Positions 60,064-64,000 of a stretch of DNA of 64,000 bases are shown in pieces. Source of the DNA: an uncultured Acidobacteriota bacterium (GTDB lineage Bacteria; Acidobacteriota; Thermoanaerobaculia; Gp7-AA8). A model generated the notes under the pieces. The model ran no database searches. It was given only the letters and a program-made list of their open reading frames with translations, and was not told the origin of the DNA. Position 1 is the stretch's first letter. Every line of letters begins with the position of its first letter. The stretch is from assembly GCA_963741955.1 (NCBI GenBank), contig CAVUKB010000010.1, positions 32,001 to 96,000 of the forward strand. Reading direction: 5' to 3'. A program made the position numbers and the translations under genes.

Positions 60064-61404
60064 ATGAAAGCCCGCCGCAAGCCAACTCATCCGAATACCG
60101 GCAAAACGCCTCTGCGCGAGCGGCCTTCCTGGATCCACCAGGGGCTCTGGATCACCGTCTTTCTGACTGCGCTTCTGGTCCCGCTCTGGGTGTCTCCGGC
60201 CGGAAAGGAGACGTTCCGGGTTCCGAAGGAGATCCTGTTCCGCTCATTCGGCATCGTTCTGATCACCCTCGCCTTGATCGGTGTGGCCCTCGGAAAGCTC
60301 GGTTCGAAGCGCATCAAACGGATCGGTCTACCGATCTCGGTGGCGGGGGCGATTCTTCTCTGGGCGATCGTCACGACGGTGACGTCGACCGTCGTCGCCG
60401 TCAGTGCGGAGTCGCTCATCACCACGGTTGCCGCGGTGGCGTTCTTCGTCGCTGCCTTCGTTCTGGTACGAGAGCGATCCGGCGCGGCTTTGCTGCCGAT
60501 CGCCGGAGTTGCAGTGATCAATGCTGCAGTCTATTACGCGCAGAAGTTCGGAATATGGCAGCCGTTCCGGATCGTCCGACTCTCCGACTCGTTTACTGCG
60601 CTGCTCGGAAACAGCAACGACATCGGGAGTGTGCTGATGCCGATCGCGTTGGCGGCGCTGGCCCTCTTCTTCGCTTCGCACAGGTCAGTTCGCACGGGAG
60701 CGGCCCTGCTGTTTCTGGTTTCGATCTCGATGTTGTTCGTCAGTCTGTCGGCGACCGCAGTGCTGGCATTCGTCGCCGGGTTCGCGGTCATGGTGTTTTT
60801 CGTTTCATGGCGCCGCACGGCGGTCGCCATCGCGATGCTGGCGATCGTCGCAGGGACCACGTTCTATGCATCCGCGCCGATTCATGACTGGGTGATGCGG
60901 GGATGGAGCAACGTTCACAGTCCCGCGAGTCTCGATCGAGCTGCCGGAGGAAGATTCTTCACCGACGTCGCGGGGCTCCGGATGGTGGCGAATCACCCGC
61001 TGTTCGGGGTCGGTCCGGGAACGTTCGGATACCACTTCTTCGATCTCTACCCGGCGCTGGCGGATGAATACCCTGCCTTGTACCGCAACCCTGCGCCATG
61101 GATCGATGCGCACGACGACCACGTCCAGGTGCTCGCGCAGGAGGGCGTTCCCGGCTATCTTCTGATGCTCGCTGCGATCGGATTGGTGGGGTCGGTTTCC
61201 TTTCGCCGGCGGACGGAGATCGCTCTTCGAAGGGAGAGTTTCGACCGCGGGCGATTCGCGGTTCTGCTGGGTCTTCCGCTCGCGCTTTCATTCTCGATCC
61301 TCGCACTCGCCCAATATCCGCTTCAACTCGCATCCTCTACGGTCGTCTTGCTCTATCTCGCCGCGCTCACGCTAGGATGGGGGATGAATGAACAGGCTGA
61401 TTAG
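60064..61404 (+). CDS. O-antigen ligase / PglL-like oligosaccharyltransferase family protein
   Basis: Multi-TM protein with LLGNSN, GR, HPLFGVGPGTF and AHDD-Q-EG motifs. Start could be 60016. Confidence 0.82.
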   Translation: MKARRKPTHPNTGKTPLRERPSWIHQGLWITVFLTALLVPLWVSPAGKETFRVPKEILFRSFGIVLITLALIGVALGKLGSKRIKRIGLPISVAGAILLWAIVTTVTSTVVAVSAESLITTVAAVAFFVAAFVLVRERSGAALLPIAGVAVINAAVYYAQKFGIWQPFRIVRLSDSFTALLGNSNDIGSVLMPIALAALALFFASHRSVRTGAALLFLVSISMLFVSLSATAVLAFVAGFAVMVFFVSWRRTAVAIAMLAIVAGTTFYASAPIHDWVMRGWSNVHSPASLDRAAGGRFFTDVAGLRMVANHPLFGVGPGTFGYHFFDLYPALADEYPALYRNPAPWIDAHDDHVQVLAQEGVPGYLLMLAAIGLVGSVSFRRRTEIALRRESFDRGRFAVLLGLPLALSFSILALAQYPLQLASSTVVLLYLAALTLGWGMNEQAD

Positions 61405-61873
61405 ACTCACTGCGGCGCTTCTGATCGCTGCGGCGGGTGTGATGGCCGTTTACCGGGTCGGCTATCTCCCTTACGAGTGCAACATCCTGAAGAAGGAGGT
61501 CGACGTCGAGACGCGGCGCGGCCTCGGATACGGCATGGCCGCAATTCTTCTCTCCCGGCAGAACCTTCCGCGGATCGAGGCGTGTCTCCGTTGCTCGCGA
61601 ACAGACGCAGGGCTGTGGGTCCTGAAGGGAGCGAACGAAGTGATGTCGGGCAATCGTGACGCCGCCATCGCCAGCTTCGAATCTGCGTTCCGCTACCGGC
61701 ATCAGCCGGAGATCCTGGTGAATCTAGGCAACCTGCATCTCCAGGAAGGGAAGCGGGAGCTCGCGATGGAGGAGTTCGTCCGAGCGGTCCGCTTCCAGCC
61801 ATCGTTATTGAATGACGTCCACCCTTCGGAGCGCGCCGAGGTCCGGAAGCGGGTCGAAGAACCCAGAGGCTAG
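61388..61873 (+). CDS. Membrane-anchored TPR protein
   Basis: N-terminal hydrophobic helix and TPR (PEILVNLG...AMEEFVRAVRFQP); overlaps the ligase stop. Confidence 0.75.
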   Translation: MNRLIRLTAALLIAAAGVMAVYRVGYLPYECNILKKEVDVETRRGLGYGMAAILLSRQNLPRIEACLRCSRTDAGLWVLKGANEVMSGNRDAAIASFESAFRYRHQPEILVNLGNLHLQEGKRELAMEEFVRAVRFQPSLLNDVHPSERAEVRKRVEEPRG

Positions 61874-62078
61874 AGGCTGGAGACTCGAGGCTCGAGGCTG
61901 GAGCGGCCGGAGATTATTCGTTCTGTTTCACCGGCCTTAATGCGAATATTATTCGGTAGACTTGCATCTTTACAGACAATAATTCTGTATTGATGGCTGG
62001 TCTCGGAATTTTCTTCAGCGATTCTCCTGCGGTCGGTACGGTCATTCGCTCGCCGCTCGCCGCCTGCCGCTCGCCTCT
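61866..62078. repeat. Heptamer arrays enclosing an AT-rich 31-bp-phased cassette
   Basis: 5 GAGGCTN-type units at 61866-61900; boxes at 61913, 61944, 61975, 62006 and 62037; CTCGCCG-type units from about 62049. Confidence 0.8.
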
Positions 62079-62168
62079 CCGTCCGGCCTGTATTTTCTTA
62101 TCCCCTTCGAGACACTTCCTGACATGCAGTTCGACGAGGGATCACTCGAGGAGAAAAGGAAGAGACCA

Positions 62169-62817
62169 ATGCCGGATCGCTACGTCGTGACCTGTCCCCA
62201 CTGCCACAATCCCTTCGATGCCGTAGCCGCCGACTGGTGCGACTGTCTCGCCAGCGAGCGGACACTTCGCTGTTCTTTCTGCAGTCATTGCCTCTGCACG
62301 GCCTCTCATGCATGGAGACAGCAGTTCTGGGTCGCCGCGCCTCCCGAGCTTTGGCCGCCGTCGCCGGGACGAACAGCAGACCGGGTTCAACGGTCTTCAG
62401 GTCTCGAATCCCGCGCTTCTCCGGAGGCCGCTGATCATGCTGGTCGATCCGAACCGGAACGTTCTCTGGACTGCGAATCGGGTGATCGGCTCGATGGGAA
62501 TCTCGTTGATTCTTTCCGACGATCCGAACACGGCGCTGGTTCTGGCGAGACTGTTCCGTCCGGAGCTGGTGATCACGGAAGCGGTACTGTCGAAGATCGA
62601 TGGGCGGGAGCTCTGTCGTGCGATGAAGGGCGATCCCCTCCTCACCGGAACGAAAGTGATCGTGATGAGCGACGTCTACCGGGGCGACCGTTACGCGAAG
62701 GAAGCGATCGAGGAGTTCGGAGCGGACGAGTTCCTGGAGAAGCCCGTTTCTTCGTTCTCGCTTCGCCGGAGTATCGACCACTTTGCGACGCTTCCCCGTC
62801 TTGCCGGAGTGATGTAG
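62169..62817 (+). pseudogene. Cys-cluster (zinc-finger-like) plus receiver-domain protein split by a +1 frameshift near 62355
   Basis: One frame gives MPDRYVVTCPHC...WCDC...CSFCSHCLC...PPELW. The +1 frame continues RRRRDE...PLIMLVD...RPELVITE...IDGRELC...VIVMS...FLEKP. Removing one base joins them into 215 aa. Confidence 0.75.
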
Positions 62818-62984
62818 ATCGGCAGGTCGTGCGTTCCAGGTTCCGCGACGTCTTTCCTTCAGCGCACATCTGAAGGACTGCACACCTCGATCGGGGAGAG
62901 TGCCGGCCGGACGGCGCCCCATCGCTGTGACGGCCGTCGCTTTTCGAGCTCCGGGAGTCGTGTATCGTTCCTCCGGAGGAATGG

Positions 62985-63797
62985 ATGCTCAGGCGCCTTC
63001 GCGAAGCTCTCCCCGACGCCTTCTGGGATGTCGATCTCAGCGATCTGGAGACTCACTGGATCCGTGAGCGGCTGGTCCGGCCGAGATTCGCCGTACCGCA
63101 GCAACTGCTCGACGCCGTGTCGGATCCGGGAAAGGCCGGGTCGGATCCCGCGCTCCCCCTGGTGTCGGGTCTTTCAGTTCAAGAGTCGAACCGCGGTGGT
63201 GGTCTCGAGATCGACCGTCTCGGCTTCTACCTTCCTTATCATGCCGCGCCGTCTCGGGAAGCCGGTATTCACCTCTCACTCTCCGGGCTCGGGCGGCTGG
63301 CAGGCTTTCTCTCGGAAGTGGAGCCGGAGCTGGGTCGCGACGAGTCGGCGATGGCCGCACAGTTGTTCGCGTTTCACCATTTCGAATACCACTACCGGCT
63401 CGAAGCATTCGCCATCCGGCTCGAGGTGCTTCTGAGGAAACCCGCGTACCGGACCATTCTCGAAGCGACGCGTTCCGAGCTTCGCCGCGATCTCGAGGCG
63501 CAGGCGACGGCATCCGCCGTCCGCGCCACCACCCGGCCTCTGCACGACCAGCCGGAAAAGGAAGGGCACGTCGAGCGCGCGATGCTCGCGTATCTCGAGC
63601 GTCACGACGCATCGGGAGCGGCCGATCTTCTCTCGCCGATGGATTGCCGCGACGCCCAGTACCGCCTCATGGAAGCCCTCCGGTCCCGGGTGATGGGAGA
63701 GCCCGCTGTCGATGACGCGTGGATCTGGCACCCGGTGTTCAACCTGTTCGCCCCGGTCCCCGGCGTCCACGCCTTCCTGATCTCTCCAGCGCGCTAG
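62985..63797 (+). CDS. Hypothetical protein (degenerate zincin-like motif)
   Basis: SD GGAGG; GFYLPYH...GIHL...FHHFEYHYRLE...LEAQATA. Confidence 0.7.
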   Translation: MLRRLREALPDAFWDVDLSDLETHWIRERLVRPRFAVPQQLLDAVSDPGKAGSDPALPLVSGLSVQESNRGGGLEIDRLGFYLPYHAAPSREAGIHLSLSGLGRLAGFLSEVEPELGRDESAMAAQLFAFHHFEYHYRLEAFAIRLEVLLRKPAYRTILEATRSELRRDLEAQATASAVRATTRPLHDQPEKEGHVERAMLAYLERHDASGAADLLSPMDCRDAQYRLMEALRSRVMGEPAVDDAWIWHPVFNLFAPVPGVHAFLISPAR

Positions 63798-63838
63798 AGG
63801 CCAGAGACTCTAGGCTCGAACCTCTCGCCTCGAACCTA
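63797..63838. repeat. Coreless inverted heptamer array filling a convergent intergenic gap
   Basis: gaggcca gagactc taggctc | gaacctc tcgcctc gaaccta, running from one TAG stop to the opposite TAG stop. Confidence 0.7.
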
Positions 63839-64000
63839 CCGATGTGCCGTCGCGTAGAGCCGCCGTGCCGCGTTCTCGAGCCAGTCGCGGTGGGCGAGGA
63901 CGCCGCGCCAGCGCACCGGAATTCCCTCGATCCCGTAGAACGCACCCGCGAGCTGTCCGTAAATCGCAGCGACCGTGTCGGCATCTCCGCCGAGGTTGGC
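63836..64000 (-). CDS. ADP-ribosylglycohydrolase family protein (3' end only)
   Basis: Manual translation: [31 protein letters not shown]...*. Confidence 0.88.
   Translation of the reverse strand, partial: ANLGGDADTVAAIYGQLAGAFYGIEGIPVRWRGVLAHRDWLENAARRLYATAHR

Overview
GC-rich (roughly 65% by eye) bacterial chromosome segment. Gene content suggests Acidobacteriota, probably Thermoanaerobaculia (inference). In order: ccmCBA cytochrome c maturation genes; a MocA-like nucleotidyltransferase; an operon of secreted TPR-CHAT protease, ECF sigma and membrane anti-sigma; a Crp/Fnr regulator; rnz; a large glycogen/trehalose region (two treZ, amylo-alpha-1,6-glucosidase, glgX, GH57, two malQ, treY, glgB, treS-mak, glgE) interrupted by a surface-protein locus (phosphodiesterase-TPR, DUF2723 glycosyltransferase, ~1520-aa S/T-rich exported protein); a GGDEF cyclase; dodecin; aat-clpA-clpS; two tandem cation:proton antiporters; a PilZ protein; an MBL hydrolase; an M61 peptidase; a di-heme peroxidase; an O-antigen-ligase-like gene plus TPR gene; a frameshifted Cys-cluster/receiver gene; and the end of an ADP-ribosylglycohydrolase. 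No rRNA, tRNA, CRISPR array or transposase was seen. The most unusual signal is non-coding: three AT-rich cassettes (about 13.1, 53.2 and 61.9 kb) carry 11-bp GAAT-N3-ATTC-like boxes exactly every 31 bp and sit next to heptamer tandem repeats at gene 3' ends. The geometry matches Lrp/AsnC-octamer DNA-wrapping sites, yet one cassette lies between convergent genes. Two families of palindromic MITE-like elements are also present.
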